A DNA stretch of 64,000 nt from Candidatus Glassbacteria bacterium (lineage in GTDB: Bacteria; Gemmatimonadota; Glassbacteria; GWA2-58-10): positions 11,131 through 75,130 of the forward strand of contig VRUH01000004.1 in the NCBI GenBank assembly GCA_019456185.1, read 5' to 3'. How positions within the stretch are numbered: the first letter of the stretch is position 1; each line of letters opens with the position of its first letter. This document shows positions 19,697 through 30,042 of this stretch, piece by piece. Under the pieces are notes generated by a model. It did not search any database, was not told the origin of the DNA, and saw only the letters and a program-made list of their open reading frames with translations. The position numbers and the translations under genes are program-made.

Positions 19697-20103
19697 AACG
19701 CTGTACTCATATCTGTTTAGCCGCTAACTGTTGAGAATCCCGGTCAAGTAATTTACATGGGAAATGAGTGGATAGGTATCTGCAAAAATTTTCTTTCGGA
19801 AAGAATATTTGTATTATATTAGCATATTCCGCAATCGTTGTCAAGAAAGAAGTCCAAAAAAACAGAGCAAAACCGTGAATCGTGTTCGCAACTGTGATCC
19901 CGTTATCTAAAGTACAAGCAAGGGTGTCCGGGATGAAAAAACGCCTGTTGGCACAACACCGGTTTCTGGAAAGAAATCTTTTTTTTCCATCAAACTAAAT
20001 ATTAACACAATCCATCGAAAAAAGATTATCCGGGCAATCTGGTTTCAACTAGATTATTTTCTGGAAACTTGAGAACAGCAGAATAATCCTTGTAGTTTAA
20101 CCC

Positions 20104-22575
20104 ATGTCACGTCCGGATGATAAAACTGTCATACTGAGCCGGAACATACCGGGAACGCAAACCATCGTTACAGGGGAGGGACAATTGATCATTACAATTC
20201 GCCGTCTGACTCAAGTGGCTCTGTCGGTATTCATGTTTGCAATCGGTACAGCTGCCTGCGGAGTTGAACAGTCCCGTCCTGTTCAGCCGTCGGATACCGC
20301 GGATCAGGCCGCCTGGCGTGTAATCGGTCCGGGCGGTGGCGGAGCGCAGTTCCTCTCGACAATCAACCCGCAGGACCCGGATCACGTTTTTGTCCGCTGC
20401 GACATGACCGGGGCCTATCTGACAGTCGATGGCGGCAAGAGCTGGCGCATGTTTAACCTGCGCACGGTTGTCCGCGATTTCGAGTTCGACCCATCCAACC
20501 CGAGCACGGTTTATGCCTCCAACAGCGGGGTCTATCGCAGCGATGACCGCGGCGGGAGCTGGCGGCTGATCTATCCCCGTCCCGAGGATATCGCCGAGGA
20601 ATTGATGGTGGGCGATCACGCTAACCACGGCTTCCGCACGAAAGATAGTGAGGTGCTCCGCAGCATTCCCCAGGTCCTGGTCGATCCGGAGGATGGGAAC
20701 AACCTCTATATCGGTGATGTCCGCCAGGACGGGGTCAGGGTGATGCACAGTCCGGACCGCGGCGCAAGCTGGCGCCGGGTGGCAACGGTGGAAGGCTCCG
20801 GCGTGCTGAATATCTTCCCCGGATCATGGTACGGCGAACCGGACCAAATCGTCCTGTTTACCACCACTTCCGGCTGGCGGATCGACACCGGAGCCGGAAG
20901 CGCCGAGGAGATCGAACTGCCGCGCCAGGATATCCTGGTCGCCGATGGCGGCTACACTGCCGGCGGGGCAGTCTTCTATGTAACTGCCCGGACCAGTGAG
21001 GAGTCAGGTAAATTGGCGGGCGGCGTGTACCGTTCCTCCGACGGCGGCGCAAGCTGGCGGCAGATCAACAACGGTCTTGCCGGCGACTGGAAGAGCGGCA
21101 TGCGCGTACCCGGGTTTTACGCCCTGGCGGTCTGCGAAAGCGCTCCCGAAGTGGCGTATTTATCCTGCGGCTACAATCCGGTCGTCCGGGCAGATGGTGA
21201 GGTGGAGCGCCGCTTCGGCGTGTTCAAAACCACTGACGGCGGCGAAAGCTGGCATTGGGTATACCGGGCGACCAGTGAAAAAGTGCTCAGCGAGAACCAC
21301 GAGGGCGGCTGGATGGTCGAAAACTACGGCCCCGAGTGGGGCGAGTACCCGCTCAGCCTGGGCGTGAGCCCGACCGACCCCGAGATCTGCTGGGCCAACG
21401 ATTTCGGCACCACCTACCGCACGCTCGACGGAGGCGCACACTGGGCGCAGGTATATACCAGCCAGATGCCCGACGGTTCCTGGGTCAGCCGGGGCCTTGA
21501 TGTCACCACCAACTACGGCGTCCATTTCGACCCGTTCGACCCGCTGCACGTATTTATCTCCTACACCGATATCGGCGCGTTCCACAGCTTCAACGGCGGA
21601 GAGAGCTGGGTCCACTCTATCGAGGGCGCGCCGCGCGCCTGGCGCAACACCTGCTACTGGATGGTGTTCGATCCCGAGCTCAGGGGACGGGCCTGGGGAG
21701 TCTGGGGATCGGGCCACGACCTGCCCCGGCCCAAGATGTTCCGCAGCGGGCGGTTCGACCGCTACGTGGGCGGCGTGACAGTCTCCGATGACGCCGCCCG
21801 CACCTGGCGACAGAGTAACGAGGGGATGCCGCCCAACACGGTCAGCACCCATATCCTGCTGGACCCCGACAGCCCGGCCGAGTCGCGCACGCTCTATGTC
21901 AGCGGCTTCGGCAAGGGAGTGTTCAAGAGCACCGACGGCGGGGCGACCTGGACGCTGAAAAACGAGGGGATCGCGGGTAACCTCAACGCCTGGCGGATAA
22001 CCCGTACTCCAGACGGCAGACTCTACCTGCTGGTGGCCCGCGGCCTGGAGAAGAGCCAGGTGGTGGACGGCGCGATGTACACCAGCACCGACGGGGCCGA
22101 AAGCTGGCAGCCGCTGGCTATGCCGCCCGGGGTCAACGCGCCCAACGACCTGATCTACGACCCGGCCGAGCCGCGGCGGATGTATCTCAGCTGCTGGCCG
22201 GAGCCGGTGAACGGGGTCGATAAAGGCGGCGGGTTGTGGCGCACCGGGGACGGCGGCGCGAGCTGGAAGCTGGTGTTCCGCGAGGACGCCCATGTCTACG
22301 GCGCGGCGCTGGACCCGGAGAATCCGAACACGGTGATAATCAACGGCTTCGACAGCGCGGCGTTTCGCTCCGATGACCGCGGGGAGAGCTGGTATCGGCT
22401 GGAGGGCTACAATTTCAAGTGGGGACACCGCCCGGTGTTCGATGTCCACAACCCCGGCATGATCTACCTGACCACCTTCGGCGGCAGCGTGTTCCACGGC
22501 CCGGCCACGGGCGTGCCCGGAGCGTTCGAGGATATCCTGGAGCCCACCTGGCAGAAATGGTACGGCAGGTACTGA
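20104..22575 (+). CDS. BNR/Asp-box repeat beta-propeller lipoprotein (GH74-xyloglucanase / sialidase-like)
   Basis: At least 8 Asp-box motifs (S-x-D-x-G-x-S/T-W: DGGKSW, DRGGSW, DGGASW, DGGESW, DGGAHW, DGGATW...). An alternative TTG start at 20185 gives lipoprotein signal MIITIRRLTQVALSVFMFAIGTAAC. The AT-rich 400-bp region upstream is shared divergently with the ROK gene. Confidence 0.7.
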   Translation: MSRPDDKTVILSRNIPGTQTIVTGEGQLIITIRRLTQVALSVFMFAIGTAACGVEQSRPVQPSDTADQAAWRVIGPGGGGAQFLSTINPQDPDHVFVRCDMTGAYLTVDGGKSWRMFNLRTVVRDFEFDPSNPSTVYASNSGVYRSDDRGGSWRLIYPRPEDIAEELMVGDHANHGFRTKDSEVLRSIPQVLVDPEDGNNLYIGDVRQDGVRVMHSPDRGASWRRVATVEGSGVLNIFPGSWYGEPDQIVLFTTTSGWRIDTGAGSAEEIELPRQDILVADGGYTAGGAVFYVTARTSEESGKLAGGVYRSSDGGASWRQINNGLAGDWKSGMRVPGFYALAVCESAPEVAYLSCGYNPVVRADGEVERRFGVFKTTDGGESWHWVYRATSEKVLSENHEGGWMVENYGPEWGEYPLSLGVSPTDPEICWANDFGTTYRTLDGGAHWAQVYTSQMPDGSWVSRGLDVTTNYGVHFDPFDPLHVFISYTDIGAFHSFNGGESWVHSIEGAPRAWRNTCYWMVFDPELRGRAWGVWGSGHDLPRPKMFRSGRFDRYVGGVTVSDDAARTWRQSNEGMPPNTVSTHILLDPDSPAESRTLYVSGFGKGVFKSTDGGATWTLKNEGIAGNLNAWRITRTPDGRLYLLVARGLEKSQVVDGAMYTSTDGAESWQPLAMPPGVNAPNDLIYDPAEPRRMYLSCWPEPVNGVDKGGGLWRTGDGGASWKLVFREDAHVYGAALDPENPNTVIINGFDSAAFRSDDRGESWYRLEGYNFKWGHRPVFDVHNPGMIYLTTFGGSVFHGPATGVPGAFEDILEPTWQKWYGRY

Positions 22576-22714
22576 AACTGATTTACTGCCTCAATGCTTG
22601 ATAAGGCCCCGTCAGGGGCCTTTTTTTGTGCCCCCGCTCCATTCGATCCATCCCGCCAAACCGCACGGAACAGCCCGTTCGCACCGAAAAGATATTTTCG
22701 CGATAATTATCTAT

Positions 22715-24787
22715 TCACTTCACCCACGCCGGCCAGCTCACCTCCGGGCGGTAGTTGGACTCGTTGTAAGCAGGTGGCCGCACGGGTGCGTAAAGGCTGT
22801 CCCCGTCGAATGCGTCGGACTGGGTGTAGATATAGATCCACTCCGGGTCCCAGGTAATTATCTCGTCGCGCGCATCGCCGGTCAGATCGTGGACCAGGCA
22901 GGCCAGGTCCGGGTGGCCGTCGTCGGGGAACATCACCGCGCGCCGCCCCCAGCCGTCCACCATCCCGCCGGATATAGGGTTGGTACTGAGCAAAATCAGC
23001 TCGGTCCCGTCGCCCCGCCAGTTGACCGGCAGGATCGGCGAGCCCTGGTGGATCGGCTCGAAGTCGATAATTTTTTCACCCTGTGCTGAGTAGAGCGTGA
23101 TCAGTCCCGGTTCGCCCCAGAAATTGATGTTGCACATCTCAAGGCCCGGAATATCCGGGCGGAACTGGCCGATCGAGGGCGTCTGGGCGTGGCCCACCCT
23201 GTCGTGCAGCAGGATCTTGCCGTCGATATCCGCCACCGCCACCCCGTCGTCACTGGCGGTGATAAACACCCGCTCGGGCCCCTGTCCCAGGCTGAAATCC
23301 CCGGCCACTATCCCGTCGGCGTGCTCCTGCAGTTTGTCGTCCAGGCTCCAGATTATCGTCCCGTCATGGTCGAACAGCGTGTAGCCCAGGAACACCTCGT
23401 CGCGCCCGTCGCGGTCGTAGTCGTAAAAGTAGGGGTAGTGGCCCAGGTTGGCGCTGTTGGTCCAGAGCAGGTTGAACTGGTTGTCGAAGGCCCACAGCCG
23501 GGTGTGACGGTCCTTGATGATAAAATCCAGCGGCTTGCCCGTGCCGCGAAGGTCACAGAAGCTGAAGCAGTCGACATTCAGGTAGTGAAGGTGGTCGCGG
23601 CGGTAGTAGTGGTCGTATTCGTCCCAACTGGTCTCGCCGGGCAGGATCCTGCTTTCGGGAACCAGGTGCTGCTGCTCGAGTTCTCCGGTTTTGCCATTAA
23701 GGATTTTGATCCAGCGCTCATCGGCGTAAACCACTTCCGCCTCGCCGTCCCCGTCGAAATCATGGATCTGTACAGCCACGTCGTAGGTGACCCAGGCGTG
23801 GTCCGGGTCCGGGGTGCCGGTCTGCCACAGCACACGGCCGTCGGCGTCCAGCGCGGTCATGCAGCTTATCCGGTTGTAGTTCCGCCCCAGGAACGCGATA
23901 TTCTGCACCAGCAGGAAATCCGTGCGCTTGTCGCCGTCCAGGTCGCCCAGGCGCATCGCCCGGGCCACGCCGAACTCGCTGGTCCTGATCCGTTTCCATA
24001 GTACGGGCCGGGGATTGGTCCGGCGAAGGCTGTCCAACTCGGCCTGGCGGGCTGTTGCGGCCCGCTCGAATTTTTTCTTAGCATCCGCGGTGGCGGTCAC
24101 AGTCACATTGTGGTAACGTACCGGGGCCTGGGGGATCAGGCCCACCTTGCCGCCGGAGTAACGGCTGTCGTTTACGTCGAATTTTTTTACCCCGTCTACA
24201 TAACAGCGAATCCGATCACCTTTGGTTTCGACCCTGAATGTCCGGGGCCGGGTCAGATCCAGCTCCATCGTGCCCGTGCCGAGTATTTTCCAGCCGTCGC
24301 GACGGAAATCCTTTTCCCCGTCGCGGTAGCGCAGGCTCAGCGTGTCGCCGGGGCCGAAAGCGAACACGTAGTAATGACGGCCGTCCCGGTAGCGGAAGAC
24401 AATCCCCGACATGTCCTTGGTGCTCAGGGGAGTGATATCCACTTCCAGCGCGTAGTCCTCCCACAGTAGGTCGCCGGTGACAATGATCGGGTAGATATAG
24501 TCTTTCGTCCAGACCGTGCTGTTGTAACCCATGTAGTCCAGCACCTTGCCGCCCTCGTGCTCGAACACGTACCACTCGTCGGGCGTGCGGTTGTTGACCA
24601 GCTCCCAGCTGTCCATGAACTCCATCGGCACGTGATGGTACTCCGGGAAAGCGGGCGAGGCCCACTGGGCGAACTTGCCGGGGGAGAGAGTGGAAAAATC
24701 CGTGTGGAACAGCAGGGTGTCGGCGGGAGCGGCGGAGAGCAGAGATGCAGCTAGAATCGTAAAACATACGAACAATAAGTTGCGCAT
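22715..24787 (-). CDS. Secreted FG-GAP/VCBS-type beta-propeller protein with N-terminal DUF1080-type jelly-roll domain (rhamnogalacturonan-lyase-like impression)
   Basis: GGAGG SD and signal peptide. The N-domain resembles the DUF1080 protein at 36543 (SGIVFRY...YYVF...IRCYVDG...GGKVGL...YHNVTV). The C-terminal part has Ca-loop repeats LGDLDGDKRTDFLL, DFDGDGEAEVV, DYDRDGRDEVFL. Confidence 0.6.
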   Translation of the reverse strand: MRNLLFVCFTILAASLLSAAPADTLLFHTDFSTLSPGKFAQWASPAFPEYHHVPMEFMDSWELVNNRTPDEWYVFEHEGGKVLDYMGYNSTVWTKDYIYPIIVTGDLLWEDYALEVDITPLSTKDMSGIVFRYRDGRHYYVFAFGPGDTLSLRYRDGEKDFRRDGWKILGTGTMELDLTRPRTFRVETKGDRIRCYVDGVKKFDVNDSRYSGGKVGLIPQAPVRYHNVTVTATADAKKKFERAATARQAELDSLRRTNPRPVLWKRIRTSEFGVARAMRLGDLDGDKRTDFLLVQNIAFLGRNYNRISCMTALDADGRVLWQTGTPDPDHAWVTYDVAVQIHDFDGDGEAEVVYADERWIKILNGKTGELEQQHLVPESRILPGETSWDEYDHYYRRDHLHYLNVDCFSFCDLRGTGKPLDFIIKDRHTRLWAFDNQFNLLWTNSANLGHYPYFYDYDRDGRDEVFLGYTLFDHDGTIIWSLDDKLQEHADGIVAGDFSLGQGPERVFITASDDGVAVADIDGKILLHDRVGHAQTPSIGQFRPDIPGLEMCNINFWGEPGLITLYSAQGEKIIDFEPIHQGSPILPVNWRGDGTELILLSTNPISGGMVDGWGRRAVMFPDDGHPDLACLVHDLTGDARDEIITWDPEWIYIYTQSDAFDGDSLYAPVRPPAYNESNYRPEVSWPAWVK

Positions 24788-24811
24788 TTCAATCCTCCAG
24801 ACTCTAGTAAA

Positions 24812-25621
24812 TTAGGATCGCTTTTTCTTCGGCACCGCCCGGGTGGCCCCGGTCGAAATCCCGCCGTCGACCAGCAGCGTCTGCCCGGTGATATAGCGGC
24901 TGCTTTCGGAGGCCAGGAACACCACCGCCCCGTCCAGGTCGTGGGGCCGGCCCGGACGCTTGAGCGGAATCCGGTCGGTCAGGTACTCCAGCCACTCGCG
25001 GTCCTCGTACATCACCGCGTTCTGGGCGGTCTTGAACCAGCCCGGCGCCAGGCAGTTGACCGTGATCCCATGGGGGCCCCAGTCGTCGGCCAGGCTCATC
25101 GTCAGCTGCCTCACCCCGCCCCGGCTGGCGCAGTAGGGCGCCAGCCCCGCGTAGCCGAACACGCTGGTTACACTGCCGATATTGATTATCCGCCCGTAGC
25201 CCGCCGGGATCATTTTCTTTGCCGCTTCCTGGGCGGTAAAGAAAGTGCCTCGTAAATTGGTGTCCAGCACCAGATTCCAGTCGTCCCAGGTTATCTCTGT
25301 CGAGGGCTTGCGGACGTTGCAGCCGGCGTTGTTGACCAGGATGTCGATCCGGCCGTAATGCTCGTGCGCCGCAGCGGCCATCGCGATGATACTCTCCCGG
25401 TCGCGGACGTCGAGTTCCAGCGGCAGCGCCCGCCGCCCGATTTTTTCGATCTCGGCCTTGAAATCACCGAGCGAATCCAGTCTGCGGCTGGTGATCGCAA
25501 GGTCGGCTCCCGCCCGGGCCAGCGCCCGCGCAAAATACTGTCCCAGGCCGCGGCTGCAGCCGGTGACAATCGCCACCCGGCCCGAGAGGTCGAACAGTTT
25601 GGCATGTTTATTATCGGACAT
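24812..25621 (-). CDS. SDR-family oxidoreductase (gluconate-5-dehydrogenase / KduD-like)
   Basis: GRVAIVTGCSRGLGQ cofactor motif; classical 269-aa SDR with a YxxxK region; AAGGAA SD. Confidence 0.8.
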   Translation of the reverse strand: MSDNKHAKLFDLSGRVAIVTGCSRGLGQYFARALARAGADLAITSRRLDSLGDFKAEIEKIGRRALPLELDVRDRESIIAMAAAAHEHYGRIDILVNNAGCNVRKPSTEITWDDWNLVLDTNLRGTFFTAQEAAKKMIPAGYGRIINIGSVTSVFGYAGLAPYCASRGGVRQLTMSLADDWGPHGITVNCLAPGWFKTAQNAVMYEDREWLEYLTDRIPLKRPGRPHDLDGAVVFLASESSRYITGQTLLVDGGISTGATRAVPKKKRS

Positions 25622-25655
25622 TGCGACAGTTCCTTAATTTGTTAAAATAATGTAG

Positions 25656-25675
25656 GGGAGAGGCATGCCTCGCCC
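25656..25675. terminator. GCATGC-centred palindromic hairpin between the ADH and SDR genes
   Basis: GGGaGAGGCATGCCTCgCCC with one mismatch. Same family as the palindromes at 33784 and 34744. Confidence 0.35.
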
Positions 25676-25686
25676 GAAAGTTCTTG

Positions 25687-26718
25687 TCAGGGTCGCAGGA
25701 TAACTTTGAACAGCCCCGGCTCGCCATCATAGAGCCGCTTGAACCACGACGGACCCTCCTCCAGCGGGGCCACCGCGGATATCAGCGGATCGACCCGCAC
25801 TTTGCCGGACTCCAGCAGTTCCAGGCATTCCGGGTATTCCCCGGCCGAGGCGCAGCTTCCCCTGATCGTGATCTCGCGCACCACCGCCCGCTGCAGCGGC
25901 AGCCCGGCCACGGGACGGAAATTACCGACCAGCACGCATGTCCCCTGCTTGGCCAGGCAGGTTACCGCCGCGGCCAGGGTCTCATCCACCCCCACCGCGT
26001 CGAACGAGAGCGCCGCGCCACCTCCGCCGGTCAGCTTGCGGGTTTCGGCGGCGATATCGGTTTCCCGCGGGTCGAATGTTTTATCCGCGCCAAGTTCGGC
26101 GGCCAAGGCCAACCTCTCTTGATTAACATCCACCGCCCAGACCTGCTCGACACCCCGGGCTTTAAGCACTTGAACGATTAAAATACCGATCATCCCCGCG
26201 CCGAACACCACCGCCGGGCCGCCCGGCACGCTGCCCGCCCGGTTGACCGCGTGCAGCGCCACGCTCAGCGGCTCCACGCAGGCCGCCTGCTCGAATGAAA
26301 CTTTATCGGGTATTTTGTAAATACCACGCGCCGGCACGGTAACATACTCCGCGCAGGCCCCGTCCTGACAGTACTCGTCGCAACTGACTCCGAATACTTT
26401 CCTGTGTTCGCAGAGGTTTACATTTCCGCTCTCGCAGCAGGCGCATTTGCCGCAGTAGATCGTGCTGTCGAATGTCACCCGTTGGTTGGGGTCGATACCG
26501 CTGACCTCGCTGCCGGGCTGGATCACAATCCCGGCGGCCTCGTGGCCCATCACCACCGGCGGAATCCGCCGCCCCGTGCTGCCGTCCATCCCGTGGACGT
26601 CGCTGCCGCAGATTCCGACTGCCCGCACCCGGATCAGAACCTCGTCGGGGGCCGGCTCGGGGTCCGGGCGCTCGATGATTACCAGTTTATTGTATTCTTC
26701 CAGCAGAAGTGCTTTCAT
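25687..26718 (-). CDS. Zn-dependent medium-chain dehydrogenase (sorbitol / L-idonate / threonine dehydrogenase-like)
   Basis: GICGSDVHG Zn site, a second Cys cluster CGKCACCESGNVNLC, Rossmann GAGMIGIL. Confidence 0.8.
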   Translation of the reverse strand: MKALLLEEYNKLVIIERPDPEPAPDEVLIRVRAVGICGSDVHGMDGSTGRRIPPVVMGHEAAGIVIQPGSEVSGIDPNQRVTFDSTIYCGKCACCESGNVNLCEHRKVFGVSCDEYCQDGACAEYVTVPARGIYKIPDKVSFEQAACVEPLSVALHAVNRAGSVPGGPAVVFGAGMIGILIVQVLKARGVEQVWAVDVNQERLALAAELGADKTFDPRETDIAAETRKLTGGGGAALSFDAVGVDETLAAAVTCLAKQGTCVLVGNFRPVAGLPLQRAVVREITIRGSCASAGEYPECLELLESGKVRVDPLISAVAPLEEGPSWFKRLYDGEPGLFKVILRP

Positions 26719-26905
26719 TCGGATATCCTTCCGTGGTTGGTCGATCGTTCAAATAATACGGACGGCGGTGCTGGAGGTCAACTGTCCAGTTGCTGCCGAG
26801 CCAGTTGACATGGCAGGGTTGGGGATGTTAGGCTGTTGCGGAGGATCAATCTTGTACAGCATTGCTGAGACAGTCTTCTATCCGAGTACAGAACGGGAGG
26901 ACAAG

Positions 26906-27301
26906 ATGGGCAAGGTGCCGGCGCCGAAAGGACCGTATTCGCCGTGGGTCAAGGCCGGCGGTTTTATCTATGTCTCCGGCCAGGGCCCGGTGGATATCGA
27001 CACCGGCGAGCCGTTCCTGGGCGATATCGCCCGGCAGACCGAGATGACCCTGGACAACGTGGCCGCCGTGCTGGCCGATGCAGGCGCGGGGCTGGGCGAT
27101 GTGGTCAAGACCACGGTTTTCCTGACAGACATCAACGATTTCACCCGCATGAACGAAGTCTACGCCAGATATTTCGGAGACAGCAAGCCCGCGCGCAGCA
27201 CGGTCCAGGTGGCCAAACTGCCGACAGGAATCAATCTCGAGATAGAGGCGGTGGCGGTGGACCCGGCCGCCGGAATCGATATCGTGCGCCTGGGCGACTG
27301 A
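26906..27301 (+). CDS. RidA/YjgF-family reactive-intermediate deaminase
   Basis: 131-aa product with PAPKGPYSPWVKAGGFIYVSGQ and a C-terminal RSTVQVAKLP motif; GGGAGG SD. The long track ORF 26462-27301 is antisense of the ADH gene in its 5' part. Confidence 0.8.
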   Translation: MGKVPAPKGPYSPWVKAGGFIYVSGQGPVDIDTGEPFLGDIARQTEMTLDNVAAVLADAGAGLGDVVKTTVFLTDINDFTRMNEVYARYFGDSKPARSTVQVAKLPTGINLEIEAVAVDPAAGIDIVRLGD

Positions 27302-27337
27302 TCGATCGTTAACCTTTCCACCTCCCCGGAGGCGCCG

Positions 27338-29017
27338 ATGAGATCCAAGCTGATCCTGGCCGGTTTAATCGTCCTGGCGGCATCGCTGGCCGCCTGCGCC
27401 GGAAAAACAAGTCCCAAATTCGATATCCTGATCACCGGTGGGACCGTAATCGACGGCACCGGCGCTCCGCGCAGGCAGGTCGATGTGGGTATCATCGCCG
27501 ATACGATCGCCGCGGTGGGGGACCTGGCTGGAGCCTGGTCCGGCCGGCTGATCAACGCCTCCGGGCGGATTGTCGCTCCCGGGGTGATCGACATCCACGG
27601 CCACAGCGATTACAGCATCCTGGTGGACGGCACCGCCCAGAGCAAGATCCGCCAGGGCGTGACCACCGAGATTATCGGCGAGGCGCTCTCCGCGGGGCCG
27701 ATCAGCAGGGCAGGACAGAATTTCAAGCGGGTCGAGGCGCCGCTGTGGGACGCGGATATCGAGTGGAGTACCCTCGGCGAGTATTTCCAGGTGCTCGAGC
27801 GCAGGGGGAGCTCGATCAATATCGGCTCGTTCGTGGGTACGATGAGCGTGCGGCGCTACGTGATCGGCGACACCAACCGCAACCCTTCCGATGTGGAACT
27901 GGACAGCATGTGCGTGCTGGTGGACGCGGCCATGCGCCAGGGCGCGCTGGGAGTGTCCTCGGCTCTGCTGGGCAGCCCGCTCACCACCGCTGAGCTGATT
28001 GCGATGGCCAGGGTGGCCTCGCGCCACGGCGGGATTTACAGCACCCATGTTCGTGATGAGGGTTCGCTGATATTTTCCTCCCTGGACGAGGCGTTCCGGA
28101 TCGGCCGCGAGGCGGATCTCCCGGTCGACGTTATCCATCTCAAAGTGGCTGAGCGCGACCTGTGGGGCAGGATGGACAGCGTGCTGGCCCGGTTCGAGCA
28201 GGCGCGCGAGGAGGGGCTCGACGTCACCGCCAACATGTACCCCTATATCGCCGGGCAGAACAACCTGTCGGCCCTGATTCCGCCGGAGGGACAGGACGGC
28301 GGCCGGGATAAGATGCTCGAGCGGCTGCATGACCCCGGCTGGCGCAGGCAATTCAAGGAAACGCTCTATGCCGGCGGCCGCCCCGACTGGTACAACCACT
28401 ACACCTCCAGCGCCGGCTGGGAAAGCATGCTGGTTGTCTCGACAAAGGCTGAAAAGAATCAGGACCTGATCGGCAGGCGGATGAGCGAGGTGATCGAGAT
28501 GCGCGGCGGCGAGCCCACCGACGTCCTGTTCGACTTGCTGCTGGAGGAGGGCGGCTCCGTGCCGACAGTCTATTTCCTGATGAGCGAGGAGGATGTCCGC
28601 ACGGCGATGGTCCATCCGCTGGTCTCGTTCTGCAGCGACGGGGTGGCGGTCCGCCCCGAGGGTCCGTTGGGCAAGGGCAAACCGCACCCGCGCTGGTACG
28701 GAAGTTTCCCGCGGATTCTGGGCCGCTACGCCCGCGATCAAAAGGTCCTGAGCCTGGAGTCGGCTGTCCATAAGATGACCTGGCAGAATGCAGAAAAACT
28801 GGGTATCACCGGGCGCGGTCTGATCAAAGTGGGTATGGCAGCCGACCTGATGCTCTTCGACCCGGAAAGTGTGCTTGACCGCGCCACGTTCAGCGACCCG
28901 CATCACTACCCCGAGGGAATCGAATACGTGCTGGTCAACGGCACGGTTGTCATCGATAAGGGCGAGCACACGGGCGCGCTGCCGGGCCGGATTATCTACG
29001 GCCCGGGCAGGGAATAA
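27338..29017 (+). CDS. D-aminoacylase (N-acyl-D-amino-acid deacylase; amidohydrolase superfamily) lipoprotein
   Basis: Lipobox LAAC; PGVIDIHGHSD metal-binding motif; about 560 aa, typical of the D-aminoacylase family; adjacent to RidA. Confidence 0.75.
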   Translation: MRSKLILAGLIVLAASLAACAGKTSPKFDILITGGTVIDGTGAPRRQVDVGIIADTIAAVGDLAGAWSGRLINASGRIVAPGVIDIHGHSDYSILVDGTAQSKIRQGVTTEIIGEALSAGPISRAGQNFKRVEAPLWDADIEWSTLGEYFQVLERRGSSINIGSFVGTMSVRRYVIGDTNRNPSDVELDSMCVLVDAAMRQGALGVSSALLGSPLTTAELIAMARVASRHGGIYSTHVRDEGSLIFSSLDEAFRIGREADLPVDVIHLKVAERDLWGRMDSVLARFEQAREEGLDVTANMYPYIAGQNNLSALIPPEGQDGGRDKMLERLHDPGWRRQFKETLYAGGRPDWYNHYTSSAGWESMLVVSTKAEKNQDLIGRRMSEVIEMRGGEPTDVLFDLLLEEGGSVPTVYFLMSEEDVRTAMVHPLVSFCSDGVAVRPEGPLGKGKPHPRWYGSFPRILGRYARDQKVLSLESAVHKMTWQNAEKLGITGRGLIKVGMAADLMLFDPESVLDRATFSDPHHYPEGIEYVLVNGTVVIDKGEHTGALPGRIIYGPGRE

Positions 29018-29186
29018 CGTAAAAAAGCAGGAGTAAGAAGAAAAGATTAGCTTTGCAGAATAACAGGAGAGAGAGTGAGACCTCCGGCCTAAGGGTATGT
29101 GTATTGAAGTCTTAGTTATGACCTAATATGTGTTAAGCATTTTATAATGACCAGATGGGTAACCTTCTGTATTCATTAAACTGATG

Positions 29187-29828
29187 TTAGGAGCCATCTC
29201 TTTTTTCGATTGCTTTTCTCTTTTCCTCAGGTAGCGATTGGTATAAGGCATCAACTTCTTTTGGTTGTGTTATCCTATCATGAGCTATGAAGTTAACCAG
29301 ACGAAACATTTTTTGGACTGTATCGATATCGTCTTTTAAATCCAATACTCCAGGATGAACGGCTTCGTTTCCAGTGACCCTTACAATATCAAGTGCCTTT
29401 TGAATTCCTACGGGCATTCCATCTTTTACTAATGAGGCTATATCTTCATTGATATTTTTGCCCGGTTTACCCAATTGCTTACATAATTTTTGAATGCATA
29501 AACGCAATAGGGCAGCGGCTGCTCTCGGCGATTTAGGCGTTATGGATTTTGCTTCATTGAAATCATCTTGAATATCTTTTTTTAAATCCGGATTAGGAGT
29601 ATCGGAGATTTCAATGTCCGGCAAAATCATTTTTTTATTGACCCAAACGGCTTGATTATTACATGCGTTGCATTTTGAAATATACAGATAATCTGCTGGG
29701 TTATCTGCATCGGGAGAAGCGCTATCATCTTTGAACCATTTTATTACCCTGTACCAGAATTGTTGAGCGTGAGCATTACAAACAGGACATTCAAAACTTC
29801 TTTTTTTATAATTTGGAACTACAGCCAT
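29187..29828 (-). CDS. DUF4145-like (HEPN-clan, Abi-like) protein with N-terminal Cys4 zinc-ribbon; sits in an AT-rich islet
   Basis: CPVCNAHAQ...CNACNNQ zinc-ribbon; C-terminal AAALLRLCIQKLCKQLG...IASLVKDG.MPVGIQKALDIVRVTGNEAVHPG fits the DUF4145 pattern (iR..GN.aaH). GC is about 38% against the ~63% surroundings. Strong SD AGGAGG. Confidence 0.6.
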   Translation of the reverse strand: MAVVPNYKKRSFECPVCNAHAQQFWYRVIKWFKDDSASPDADNPADYLYISKCNACNNQAVWVNKKMILPDIEISDTPNPDLKKDIQDDFNEAKSITPKSPRAAAALLRLCIQKLCKQLGKPGKNINEDIASLVKDGMPVGIQKALDIVRVTGNEAVHPGVLDLKDDIDTVQKMFRLVNFIAHDRITQPKEVDALYQSLPEEKRKAIEKRDGS

Positions 29829-30042
29829 TTATCCTCCTGGCAAGAGTTTTGTTAAATATAACGCATGTCAAAGCAAAAAAAAAGACACACTTGTAGATGC
29901 AAGGTATTACCTGTTTATTGCTGATTCTTTTAATATTAAGGATACTTCACTACACTTGGCCTAACAGGAGGAGGACAGTTAACTGTTCAATGCCTATTAA
30001 TAGCGATTCTGGCTTCTGACTCCTGACTTCTAAGGTAGACCT

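Noticed and set aside
26462-27301. 279-aa plus-strand ORF given by the track
   Set aside because: Its first 440 nt overlap the well-supported minus-strand ADH gene (25687-26718). Only the distal 396 nt, from ATG 26906 with a GGGAGG SD, encode a RidA-family fold, so the gene was trimmed.
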